Shown: positions 40,109-51,715 of the stretch, in pieces | How the letters are laid out: each line of letters opens with the position of its first letter | Numbering within the stretch: the stretch's first letter is position 1 | NCBI GenBank assembly: GCA_964016885.1 | Contig: OZ024740.1 | Span: forward strand, 178,312,001 to 178,376,000 | Length of the DNA: 64,000 bases | Direction of reading: 5' to 3' | From: Eledone cirrhosa | Lineage: Eukaryota | Program-made: the position numbers and the translations under genes | The notes under the pieces: generated by a model | The model's input: only the letters and a program-made list of their open reading frames with translations | Told to the model about the DNA's origin: nothing | The model's database searches: none

Positions 40109-43100
40109 CTATGTTTGTATATATATATGTACATGTGTATGTATGTTTGTGTGTATGTGCCTGTGTGTACATGAAAGCATTTCCCCAACACACCAAACCC
40201 TTTCTAACTTCCTTCTAAGAACCACTTACAATTGGTAGGACGAAATTCGAAATGTTTACTGAACTACAAGATATTGCAATAGTTTGCCTGTGTTTCAAAC
40301 AATTTCCGCTCGGTTGATATAAGCCAACATTGCTGACTGATAAAAATGAAGTAAAATAACGTCAGAAAAACATCATCTGCGAACATAAATATTTAAGGAG
40401 GTAGACAGTAGAAATATGTTTTTTCCCTTTGCTTACCAATAGTCCGACTTTCCTTCCCAGCGATAGTCTCTTGTAGCCTAGTCGGTAAATACTAAAAATA
40501 GAAAATTTTACACACCAAAATTAGATAAGGTTTTTGTTGTCAGAACTTGGTGGGAAAATATACATCATTCCCTTGTTGAAAGAAGAGAAAACAAAAACAA
40601 AATAATGTATGGCTATTATATATGCATGAATCGTCGAGACGCTGAAAAGAAGGCGATTAAATTTATGATATATTAGAATAGTGTAGACTCGCTTAATATA
40701 GTTGTATGGGTAGTTACCTATGTGTATGTATGCATGGATATGTAAACGGATGAGAAGTATTCGAATGGTTGCTCACAACTTGATTTCTATTCCACTGCGT
40801 TTCTCTATAAAATTTCCTTCGTGCTAAATTCATCTTCAAAGTGTATATTAACAATATTTATTTCTACATATTTCGATCTGTCTGGCTTCTGATCGTCAGC
40901 AGGTGTCTTAATCCTGCGTATTCGTTTCATATACTATCATTAACTTTAAATATTTAGAGAGTACACTTACAATATTCATAGCTACATTATATATCATTCC
41001 ATTTGTTCGATGGTTTGGCAGTATCACTTCGGTGTAGCATATGATAAGAAGCTTGGTGGTATCTGATTCATCTCTCTCTCCGTATTGAGTTCAAATCCTG
41101 CTGAAATTAAATGTGATTTTTGTAATTATCATTTTCAATTATAACTTTTAGGCTTTTCCTATACCATACATCTGCTTTTTTCAATTAACATTTGCCACAT
41201 GATTCTTAATGTATAATTCTTACGATATTGTCGTATCGCCTTTAATATTCTCTCTGTGCTATCATCGTACACTTGCTAACAATATGCTTCACTGTTTCTC
41301 CCTTTTCACCACACACATTATATCTATCGCTATCGGCCGTATGATCTATTTTACAGCTCACGTAGTTTATCTTGAGCGTTTGTTCCTGTGTAGAAGAAAT
41401 CGGTACTTCAGTTTCTGTTCTTAAGTCACCCTATGTCAGCCACATCTATTCCCATTCACATCGGTGTTTCTGCCATCTCTTGCTAATTGAGCATGCATCT
41501 CCTTTTCATTCTATCCACTTTTATGTTCCATACTTCTTTTGAATTCCTCCTTTTATGCACTCCCATATCAGCCAACTATATCAGATTTTAAAACTCAATT
41601 AAGTGTGGTTCAGTTGCAATTCTGATTTTACCTTCCGAGTATAATTAATTTTAACGCTACCTTTGGTATGCTATTCTACCCACCTTCTCAATTGTGAGTG
41701 CATGATGTATAACCACCTAAGCTGCCAGCGATTTATTTGAAGAACTGCATTAATATACAACTAGCTTTGCAGTACAATCACTTATTCAATACTGTTGCGG
41801 GAGGTTTTCTTAAGGCATACATAAGGTAAACACTGATCTTGCCATGCCTGCTTTAACAATTTGCCAGCATTCAGAGTCAAACATTACGACAGATATTATA
41901 TTTCTCTTATAATGTCGAGTCTTAGTCCTAATGAAAAGGGGAAAGAAATTGTACTACATTATATTCCAAAAATGCCTTAACTTACTTCTGTCCTTCTGAA
42001 ATAGTTATCTTTATAATTTTTCTACATAAACACACTCAACGTTTCCGCCAATACATATTCTCATATCCAAGAATATATCCCCTTGACATAACTCGTGCTA
42101 AATAAATCACGCAATCTTTACTTAATAGAATTAATCCCTTCGTAAATTAATACTTTCTTCTAACATCCAATAGACAGATATTCAAACTGAAACGTCAGTG
42201 ATATAGATCTTTCTAAGCTATCGTTATAGCATTGCCTTCGAAAGACTGAAAATAATATAGGTTCTTCCCAGCCTTCTTCACAAAGCAAATATAACAAACA
42301 ACATCTAGACTGGAATCATATATACCGTAGTATTTTGTGTGAGACCATTAACTTCGGGAGCTGTGTATTATTCGTATTGTTTTACCTAATGCTCTCATGC
42401 GGTCAGAGCTCAAATTATGCAGTTATATACATCTATGTAAGTTTCGCAGACAGATATATTGACTTTTAAAAGGTGAGGTAATTGCGAATCACACGAAACC
42501 TTTAAATTTGTTGAATATATTTAACGGTGTAGGCTGTTATCTACATCTTGCGAAGAAGAATGTGTACTTATCTTTTCAAGTATATTTGCAATAGCGACTT
42601 TGAAAAGTAATTTTCTGTGGTAAATATTGCAATTCCCAAGTTGATCTTCACACCTTCAAATAGAATTGATTGTATAGTAAAAGTTCGAATTGAGGTCAGA
42701 CAGAAAGTGACGGTTTAGAATATGTGATCAAAATGTTCACATCTAAACAACTTTCTATTCTACGTTTGTTCGTAGCTTAAGGTTAAACAGAAGATTCAAA
42801 AGACTATTATCATTAACGTTGCAACGATTATTAATGATGGTCGCGATTAAGATGATACACAGAATAATAATTACACATTTACCAAGAAAATATAACAATC
42901 AGCAACCCGAGACAATGAAAAACTAACATTACAAAATTCGATATGTGCTGTTATCAGTACTACACGTGTCAATATAACACGGAAGTTAGTTTTGGATTAG
43001 AGTTGAATTTTATAGAATCTTGTATTCAGTCGGTATCAAAATTTTATACGTGCCACAGCACCACTAATGAGACTTATGTAATCACCATTGATTTTCAGAA

Positions 43101-43406
43101 CTAGGCAAAGTAATAAAGAATGTACGTAATTAAGTTGTACTGATTGAAATTGTGCAACAGGCCACAGAAACGCATGATTAACTAACCATTCCGATCCAAT
43201 TTGCAGATATGATCTGCTTATATATATATATATATATATATATAGATGTGTGTATATCAACATCATTATCATCATCGTTTAACGTCTATCTTCCACGCTA
43301 TATATATAGATGTGTGTGCATATCAACAACATCATCATCATCGTTTAACGTCTATCTTCCACTCTAGCTTGGGTTAATTTATATATATATATGTGTGTAT
43401 ATATAT

Positions 43407-43441
<35 letters not shown>

Positions 43442-43489
43442 AATTAACCCAATATATATATATGTATGTATATTTGCAGATATTATCTG

Positions 43490-43563
<74 letters not shown>

Positions 43564-43674
43564 AAATGAAGATAAATTGAATTAAATTAAATTAAGGATG
43601 TCATGCCAGATAGACATGCGCCATATCACCCGTAAAATATGCTCCAAGATTCTAATGAGTAGATCCGAGCATTT

Positions 43675-44010
43675 TATATCAACTAGAAATTGATTGACAT
43701 ATAAATAAACATATGAAACAATCACAGGGGATAATTTGTAAAAGTGTGTAAGCACACATAGCTAGGTAGGTAACTAAATGAAGTTTAACTAGAACTTCAA
43801 AAATAGATACCTTATAATTTGATTAATCTTCCTCGTATATATTCTATTAAAGAAATATATTTCACCAATTAATCGATTGGTAAACGACAGTAGCCAGATC
43901 CGGGATTTTCAACAAGGAAGAGGTCCAACCATCTGTGTTTACGCATCAAGTTCAAATTAAACCCCTGTGATTGTTTCATATGTTTATTTATATGTCAATC
44001 AATTTCTACT

Positions 44011-44017
<7 letters not shown>
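43675..44017. repeat. Inverted repeat (~63-bp arms)
   Basis: TATATCAACTAGAAATTGATTGACATATAAATAAACATATGAAACAATCACAGGGG vs its reverse complement at ~43961-44017. Confidence 0.75.
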
Positions 44018-44066
<49 letters not shown>

Positions 44067-44099
44067 AGAATGGAGTGCTGCGTGGTTTCACATGGGTTA

Positions 44100-44430
44100 C
44101 ATATGAATAAAATAAAATTAATCCTTCATCAGTGATTTGCCAACCTTCATTGGTATTTCATCGCTTTAAAAATCATATACCACTAGTTGGTGCGAGCAAT
44201 AGCTAAATAAAGCTTTTGGGACAAGTAATATAGCGTGAAGCGAGCTCGACATGTAAACAAACAAATATGCGATTGCAACGGAAAGATAGGAATAAACAAG
44301 TCCAAGATATCTATTAAGCTTAAACTTGGTGAATTCATAGGCGAGAGAGATAAATATATATGATTTTTAAAGCGATGAAATACCAATGAAGGTTGGAAAA
44401 TCACTGATGAAAGACTAATTTTATTCATAT
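44100..44430. repeat. Inverted repeat (~75-bp arms); related sequence at 39290-39362
   Basis: TTTAAAGCGATGAAATACCAATGAAGGTTGG.AAATCACTGATGAA occurs in both orientations. Confidence 0.65.
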
Positions 44431-44450
44431 ACATATATATAAATATATAT

Positions 44451-44631
44451 ATAGGAAAATGTATGACCTCGACGGCAGAGCTCAAGCCGTTTCGACTAGA
44501 AATAGCCGACGAAACGGCTTGAGCTCTGCCGTCGGGGGTCATACATTTTCCTATTACCCACTCTACTACCCTAAGTATTGAGTACTCTGGTGCGTTATGG
44601 TCCATCTGGTTCCTTACCACAACTCCTTCGT

Positions 44632-44633
<2 letters not shown>
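44451..44633 (+). mobile_element. Foldback fragment of the family at 1201-1343 (3' half of hammerhead duplicated in inverted orientation)
   Basis: 44451-44494 is the reverse complement of 44500-44554; GAAA-CGGC(TTGAGCTCT)GCCG-TC-GGGGGTC. Confidence 0.7.
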
Positions 44634-44676
<43 letters not shown>

Positions 44677-44805
44677 ATTATATATACATATATATGTATA
44701 TATGTATGTATGTGTGTGTGTGTGCACGTGTGTGTCCTTCAACATATAGACAATGAAAGTCCGATTTAAAAAAAAGTCTTTCACGTATTTTTCTTGCTAT
44801 TGAGT

Positions 44806-44878
<73 letters not shown>

Positions 44879-45251
44879 CAGAGAGAGATAGAGAGAGAAA
44901 GATAGAGAGAGTGAGTGTGAGAGAGAAGGAGAGAGAGAGAGATTGTATGCGCGCGTGCGAGCGTGTGTATGTCAAAGATAGATAGGTAGAGAGAATTGTC
45001 ATCACATTGACAGTTTTGATTGAAAACGTGGGAATTTTAAGTACTAGTCAGTCAAAGGGTAGGGAAAAAACGTATGTGCGTATTTCAGCATGTCCTAAGG
45101 AAAACCGGGCTGTGTGTGTGCGTGTGTGAGTCCAGGGTTATCGGGGGCAATCACAGTTAGTAAGGTAATCAATATATTAGTGGGGCGTAAACATCATATT
45201 TAATATAGAAATGGCTTCGACTACCACTGGTTCATTGAAAATAAATAATCA

Positions 45252-45296
<45 letters not shown>

Positions 45297-45299
<3 letters not shown>

Positions 45300-46139
45300 G
45301 GAAAAAATGAAACGATATTTCATTTCCCACTCTTAGTACGGCTGTTACTTAAATATAAGTATGTATACGTACATACATATATGTATACCGACGTACAGTA
45401 GTATGTATATATATATATATACATACATGCACACGTATATATATGCACGTATGGATTCACCGAACATTTGTTATAATGCTCGGTGTGTTTGTAAACAAAC
45501 ATCCCGTATTAAGCCGTAGTGTTGAACAAACGAGCAACGGTGGTTGCTAGACACTACGGCTTAATACGGGATGTTTGTTTACAAACACACCGAGCATTAT
45601 AATAAATGTTCGGTGAATCCATACGTGCATATATATATGTGTGCATGTATGTATATATATATATACATACTACTGTACGTCGGTATACATATATGTATGT
45701 ACGTGTACATACTTATATTTAAGTAACAGCCGTACTAAGAGTGGGAAATGAAATATCGTTTCATTTTTTCCGTTTATCATTTTCGGTGCACCCGGCCGAT
45801 TAACCCACTCGATATGCAAATTGGGCTACTCAGCCGTTAATATGCATAAGGTAAGTATATACGTTCAACAAACTGACAGGAAGGTATACGTTGCTGACGA
45901 TAGCTAACAAGCTTGAAACTAGTACAGCATTCCTTTGTCAGTGTTGAACAAACGAGCAACGGTGGTTGCTAGACACTACGGCTTAATACGGGATGTTTGT
46001 TTACAAACACACCGAGCATTATAATAAATGTTCGGTGAATCCATACGTGCATATATATATGTGTGCATGTATGTATATATATATATATACATACTACTGT
46101 ACGTCGGTATACATATATGTGTGTACGTGTACATACTTA

Positions 46140-46145
<6 letters not shown>
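45297..46145 (+). mobile_element. Retrozyme-like element: 422-bp unit, partial tandem copy and inverted partial copy
   Basis: AGTGTTGAACAAACGAGCAACGG at 45518 and 45940 (period 422). 45297-45522 is the reverse complement of 45551-45773. (TA)n on both flanks. Confidence 0.8.
45890..45928 (+). ncRNA. Minimal type-I hammerhead ribozyme
   Basis: GUUG-CUGACGA-U-AGCU(AACA)AGCU-U-GAAA-CUAG-UA-CAGC. Stem I extends distally (GUUCAA..ACUGACA..AAGG / CCUUUGUCAGU..UUGAAC). Confidence 0.75.
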
Positions 46146-46185
<40 letters not shown>

Positions 46186-46191
<6 letters not shown>

Positions 46192-46530
46192 ATATTAATA
46201 AATGGAAACTATATTTATAAAACCATATTTATTTAATTATGCATATTTCAAGGACACTAAAGCAAATTATGGTGCGCTTTCATCAGATAAAATATAATAT
46301 AGATAATTCATATTTTATACTGTGTTTTTTCTATGTATTCTTATATATATTTTTTAAAAGCTACATATTTTTGGAATTATATTGTTTAAAAATTACATTG
46401 CTTAAAAATATAATTCCTTTTAAAATTATATAATTATATCTTTTAAAAATTGTAATTCCTTTTTTAAAAATTGTAATTCCTTTTAAAATTATAACTCACA
46501 TTCTTATTCTATTTTATAGTATGTATTTTG

Positions 46531-46577
<47 letters not shown>

Positions 46578-47173
46578 ATGTATGTGTGTATATGTATGCA
46601 TATATATATATATGTGTGTATATGTGCGTATCCATGTATGTATGTCTATGTATATGTGGGTCTATATATATCGAAATGTATAATTTTGAATGCATTCTAT
46701 GAATGAACTCATGTAAAAAGGTTTTTTTACGGTTTATGCTTTAGATATGTTCTTAAGAAAAACTTTAAATATTAAGACGTTATAGTAAACAAACTCATAT
46801 TTTAACAGTCACAACTATATAACAGGTGGATCTATAAAATATATACATTTTATAACTTACTATAAAATAATAGAAGGTTCTCTTATAATCTTAACTTTTT
46901 TATCATCTTAACTTTTATAACATTTAATCATTACAACTATCTAAATTACAAATAAATCAATTAATTTCCCCTCACGCTGTATTGCTATTACTAAGAAGAG
47001 TTTTTCTTCAGTAAAATATCTGAACATTCCTACATTTTAAACATATATTTTGTCATTTCTTATAAGTTTTATTGTTAATTGAAAAATTAATAATAAATTG
47101 TTGGTTGATGATTAATAATAAATTTATGTAAGGTTATGTAATAATAACATATATTTTAATAATATTTTTTGAT

Positions 47174-47230
<57 letters not shown>

Positions 47231-47845
47231 ATATATTCTTTTAATAAAATATAGATCTCAATTTATAATTTTTAATTTTTAATTTATAGATCTCAATAAT
47301 TTAATCAAATTTAAACAATAGATACATTTCTCCGGTTACTACTATCTATTTATTTATTTATTTATCTATACACGCTAACTCACCCAACTATATATTTATC
47401 TTTTCGCTTCATCATTTCATAAAACTAAGTTAATACAACACTCTCTCACCTAGGGTTTTCCCTCTTTCTCTTTCTCTTCTTTTGTTTTTTCCTATTCCTT
47501 TTCCTTTTCTTTTCTTTTATTTTCCTTCTTTGGGTTTGCTCTTTCTTTCTCCTTTTCTTTTTTTCCCTATTCCAACGGCTTAATTTAAATGTATGGGATT
47601 TAAACCTCTCCGACACTAATTTGCATAATAGACCAACAATAAAATTAGTAACCCCACTATCCGGGAGCTTCCAACAGAAATGGTCGCATTCTTTTAAGGG
47701 TATGTCAATATTTGTTTATAAAACTGATCTATATTATATTTTATCTGATGAAAGCGCACCATAATTTGCTTTGGTGTCCTTGAAATATATATAATGAAAT
47801 AAATATGGTTTTATAAATATAGTTTCCATTTATTAATATATTGTA
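46186..47845. mobile_element. AT-rich element with ~118-bp inverted arms containing a decayed hammerhead core
   Basis: 46186-46303 is the reverse complement of 47728-47845. CTGATGA(47745-51)-AAG.GCACCA..TGGTGT.CTT-GAAA(47782-85). Confidence 0.6.
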
Positions 47846-47926
47846 TTTTTCCTCCAAAAATTTGTTGAGTGCTTTATATCAGTTATAAAAATATTTGCTT
47901 GTTGTATCCCAACAAATTAAATATAA

Positions 47927-47974
<48 letters not shown>

Positions 47975-47999
47975 CACACTTTCTATAGCCAGCTTTCTT

Positions 48000-50080
48000 T
48001 GGTCGGTTATTGATGCAAAAGGGAGTTTTTTGCTGTCACTCTCATTTGCGCTTAGCCTCGTGCTCTGGTTTCATCCGGGATCTTGGTCAGCAGGATGTTG
48101 AGATGTGTCTTGAAAACATCTATATGGACACGATGTAGATGCAATAGTGTCTGCATACCAGGTCCTGACTTCTTTATCTTTATCTACTGGTCCTGTAGGA
48201 CCTGTCAGTTTTGTGGACATCTTTCGCTTAGTCTCAAGTTGCAGACAACTAGATGGTGATCAGTTTACAGCACAGCCACTCTATTAACACGGACATCAAG
48301 CATAGAACGAAGAGATCAGAGACAATAAAAAATCAGTTGTTAATCTCTGTCATTGATTCTCCTTATGCCATGTATATTTATGAATGTCTCAGTGCTGGAA
48401 GACAGTATTCTTAATAGAGAGTCCATTGCTAGAACAGGTACCGAATAATGCCTCTCCATTCGTATTTAGATCGGGCTCGACATTCCTTCCAATCATTCCT
48501 GTCCATGTCGAGGTGCATCTGGGAGCGATGTCTAATCTCTCGGAGGCTGAGGTTTCAAAAGCAGTTAAAGAGCTCAAATGTGGCAAGGCCGCTGGGGAAG
48601 ATGAAATCCGACTAGATATGCAAAAGCTTTAAAGTTAGGAGGTGTTCTCTGGCTGAATTGTGTGTTGGGTGGACTGGATCTCTGAAAAGGCACCTAAGCA
48701 ATGGCGATCCGGAGTGATAATCCTAAATTTTAAAAAGAAAGACAAAAGAGATGTTCCAATTACAGAGGGATCTCTTTGTTAAGTTTCCCCAGTAATCTCT
48801 ATGCTAAATATCTGGCAAAGCGATGTAGGAGATTGTCAAGTCCATGTTAACTGACGAATAGTCTGCTTGTCACCTCCGGCGCAGCACAGGTATTCGATAA
48901 ATCGTGGGATTATTGCCAAGATTATTGCCAAGATTGTCTTTTAGATCTCGAAAAGGCACATGACCGTCTTCCTCGAGATCTACTGTGGGAGGTTGTGCAG
49001 GAGTATGAGATCGATGGTCAGCTTCCTGCTGCCCTGATGTATCTATACGAATTCCCAAGTATTTTTGTTCGGATAAATGGTGCTAAATCGAAGCCAATCA
49101 ATCTGGGAGTCGGACTCCACCAAGAGTGCGTACTGTCACTTCTCCTGTTCATTATTTTCATCCCGCCGAGGTTGACTTTGCCTTTCATCCTTACGGGGTC
49201 TATAAAATAAAGTACCAGTAATACACTGGGTAATTGCTGGCCTTGTGCCTAAAGTAGAAACAATTATTTTCATAAACAAGATTGACATGCGCAGCCGGGT
49301 TGAAAGTGGTATCACAACTGGCTGTTGTAAAATCAGTCAGCTGGAATTTCAGACGTCAAGGTGTTAGTGAACTCGACAGGAGGTGATCTACAACTTGCAC
49401 TTGATAGGTTTGATGCCGAGTGCTGCATGGATGGAATGAAAATTAGTGCTGCGAAAACAGACATTCGTCCTTTCAAGGACGCCCGCGCAGTGCGCTCAAC
49501 ATGTGAATGGAGTTCCACTGAAATAGGCGGAGAAGTTCAAGTATTTCGGGGCCGTGTTCACGAGTTATGGACGGCAGGAGACTGAATTAAATGCAAGATT
49601 TTCAGGAGCTGGTGCCTTAATACGCCAGCTTCAGTATTCGGTAATCAGAAGGTGCGATCTTCAATTCGATATTCGTACCAGCCCATACCTATGGTCATGA
49701 ATCTAAGGTAATGACCGAAAGAATACGATCGTGAATACAAGCGGCCGAAATGGGCTTCCTCCGAATAGTGTTTGGAGTAATATTACTCGATCGAGGACAC
49801 AGCTTGGAGATCAGAGAGTCACTCCAAGTCAAACCGCTGCCTTTCCAAAATTGAGAAATCACAGCTCCGATACTATGAGCATGTGATTAGAATGTCTGAA
49901 GATAGAATCGCTGGATAGATTTTAAGGGCAAAAGCAACCGGTATGAGACCCAGGGACAGACCGCGAGCAAGATGGTTGGATAATATCCATGAGCTTGGAT
50001 TGTCTCGCTTCGGGATCCAGCTGGATCCGCTGGAGATGGTTGCTTGTGACAGGACCCGCTGGAAGGCGTGTTTGGGAAAG
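48000..50080 (+). mobile_element. Decayed RTE-clade LINE with inverted 5' (APE) segment
   Basis: Plus strand: EAEVSKAVKELKCGKAAGEDEI, GLHQECVLSLLLF, RPRDRPRARWLDNI. Minus strand 48200-48520: IGRN..PDLNTNG..L.C..NGLSIKNTVFQH and DHHLVVC. Confidence 0.75.
49162..49273 (+). mobile_element. 5'-truncated SINE (family 1) inserted into the RTE RT region
   Basis: 3' half of the SINE, with ATTATTTTCAT duplicated at 49151-49161 and 49263-49273. Confidence 0.85.
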
Positions 50081-50083
50081 ACC

Positions 50084-51650
50084 ACTTACCTCAGTTCTTG
50101 TGGAGGATGGATATTTTTTCCGTCCTTCTGACTGTTTGTGGTCTTCTCCGGAATGGCTTTATATATCCTCCTGGAAAGTGTTTGCAGGAAATGTCCGATG
50201 TCCTTGAGGAATTTTAATTTTAGGGTTGTGTATGTTTTCTGTGTGATACGAGTAATTTGTATGTGTGGGTGTTCTGTTGGATGTAGTGTAATAATTGCTT
50301 ATTGTTCAAGTTTAATGCTGTGTAGTGTGTTTAGGTTTGGGCGCTTTGTTGTGTTTGCGTTTGTAGTAGGTTTGTTTCTGTTTTGCTTGTTTCTGATTTG
50401 CTTGTTATTTGTTTGTTTGTTTCGCCCTCTATTTTTCTGGAGGGCGAAGGAAGAGGGTTCTTTCTTTTCTGGTTTCTTTTTTCTTTACAGATACAGTTTT
50501 CCAACCCTCCTCTTCGTTACCATCCGTCTCCAGTTGAGAGGTCGGGGAGCGGAATGTCCTCCACAGGCGTTGGTTTTTGTTGTGGCGTGGTGGATGTTGG
50601 AGCATTGGTGCTACATCTAGCTCGGTAAGCGGTGGTGGTGTTGGTCTTGCTACTGTTGCTGTTGCCGTTGCTGCTACAGTTGATGCTGCCGTTGCTGCTG
50701 ATGTTTTTGCTGGTTGAGTCAATGGGGTAGGCAGGGGAGGTGGCCTTAACGTTTTAGCCATCCCCTGAGGGCAGAAGGCCTTTAGGTGGGTTCCATCGCT
50801 AAAAACGAGACACCTTGGCCTTCTACCATCAACGATTACGGTGAGGTGGCTGCTGTCATCAAGGTCTATCACCTCCGAAATCTCTTGTTAATAGTACGCT
50901 ATGATACCGTACATAGCCACCGATGTTGCATGGTGTTTGATGGAGGAGTGAGGCTGACCCTGTAGCCATTTTATTTTACTATTCGCCTGGCCTCATTCCT
51001 GGCTTACCTAATTCGCTTCGTTCTTGTTCTCTGTTTTAGCAAAAGACACATTTGGTTTTGAGCTGGTGTTGTTGTTGTTAGTGTTATTTTTGTTATTAAT
51101 TTTTGTTTCAATTGTTGCTGTGGTGGTGGTCTTGTTATAATTTATGTTGTTGCTGTCGTGTGCGTTCCTTTTATTTTTGGTTTTCGTTGTTTCAGTGGTG
51201 GTGGTGTTGTCAATGGTGTTGGCCACGCCTACCGTCGTTGTGGTGGGGGTGGAAGCATTCAGCGTTGTAAACATTGGCAGAGCTGGAAAGTCTGCTTTGT
51301 TTTCAGGAAATAAATTTTGGGCGCTGCTGCTACTGCTGTGCTTGAAGTTGCTGTTATTGTTTTCAGAATGTTGGCTGTTCCACTGTGGACAGCTCACCAT
51401 TTGTTTTCGCGGACACAATACTTTTGTCCGCCATTTTAATTTTCGTAGATAATTGAGGGGCATATTTCAAAAACAAACACGGATTTGGCCCCCAAGGGAT
51501 TCAAGTGGAGCTAAATGAACCAGTACACAAGGATATTGGCTTACGTAGCTTCAAAACGATATCAACATTTCAATGCATAAGGTTGAATAACAGTGAAAAT
51601 AGAAAAGAAATTACAGGAGCGAAATGAACCACGTCTTGAAAGACTGAACC
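50084..51650 (-). mobile_element. Tx1 subfamily A-like 5' portion (5'UTR plus internally deleted ORF1)
   Basis: IDLDDSSHLTVIVDGRRPRC...THLKAFCP matches the ORF1 at 11620. 5'UTR motif CCCTTGGGGGCCAAATC matches 10673-10690. Confidence 0.8.

Positions 51651-51710
<60 letters not shown>

Positions 51711-51715
<5 letters not shown>

Noticed and set aside
35200-43200. Possible host exons in the less repetitive AT-rich stretches
   Set aside because: No convincing ORF or paired splice sites with recognisable protein similarity; transcript data would be needed.
51593-51712. N-terminal 40 aa with poly-Asn in the 931-aa ORF
   Set aside because: This is flanking DNA and the (TAA)n target, in frame by chance. 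Copy B shows the real N-terminus.
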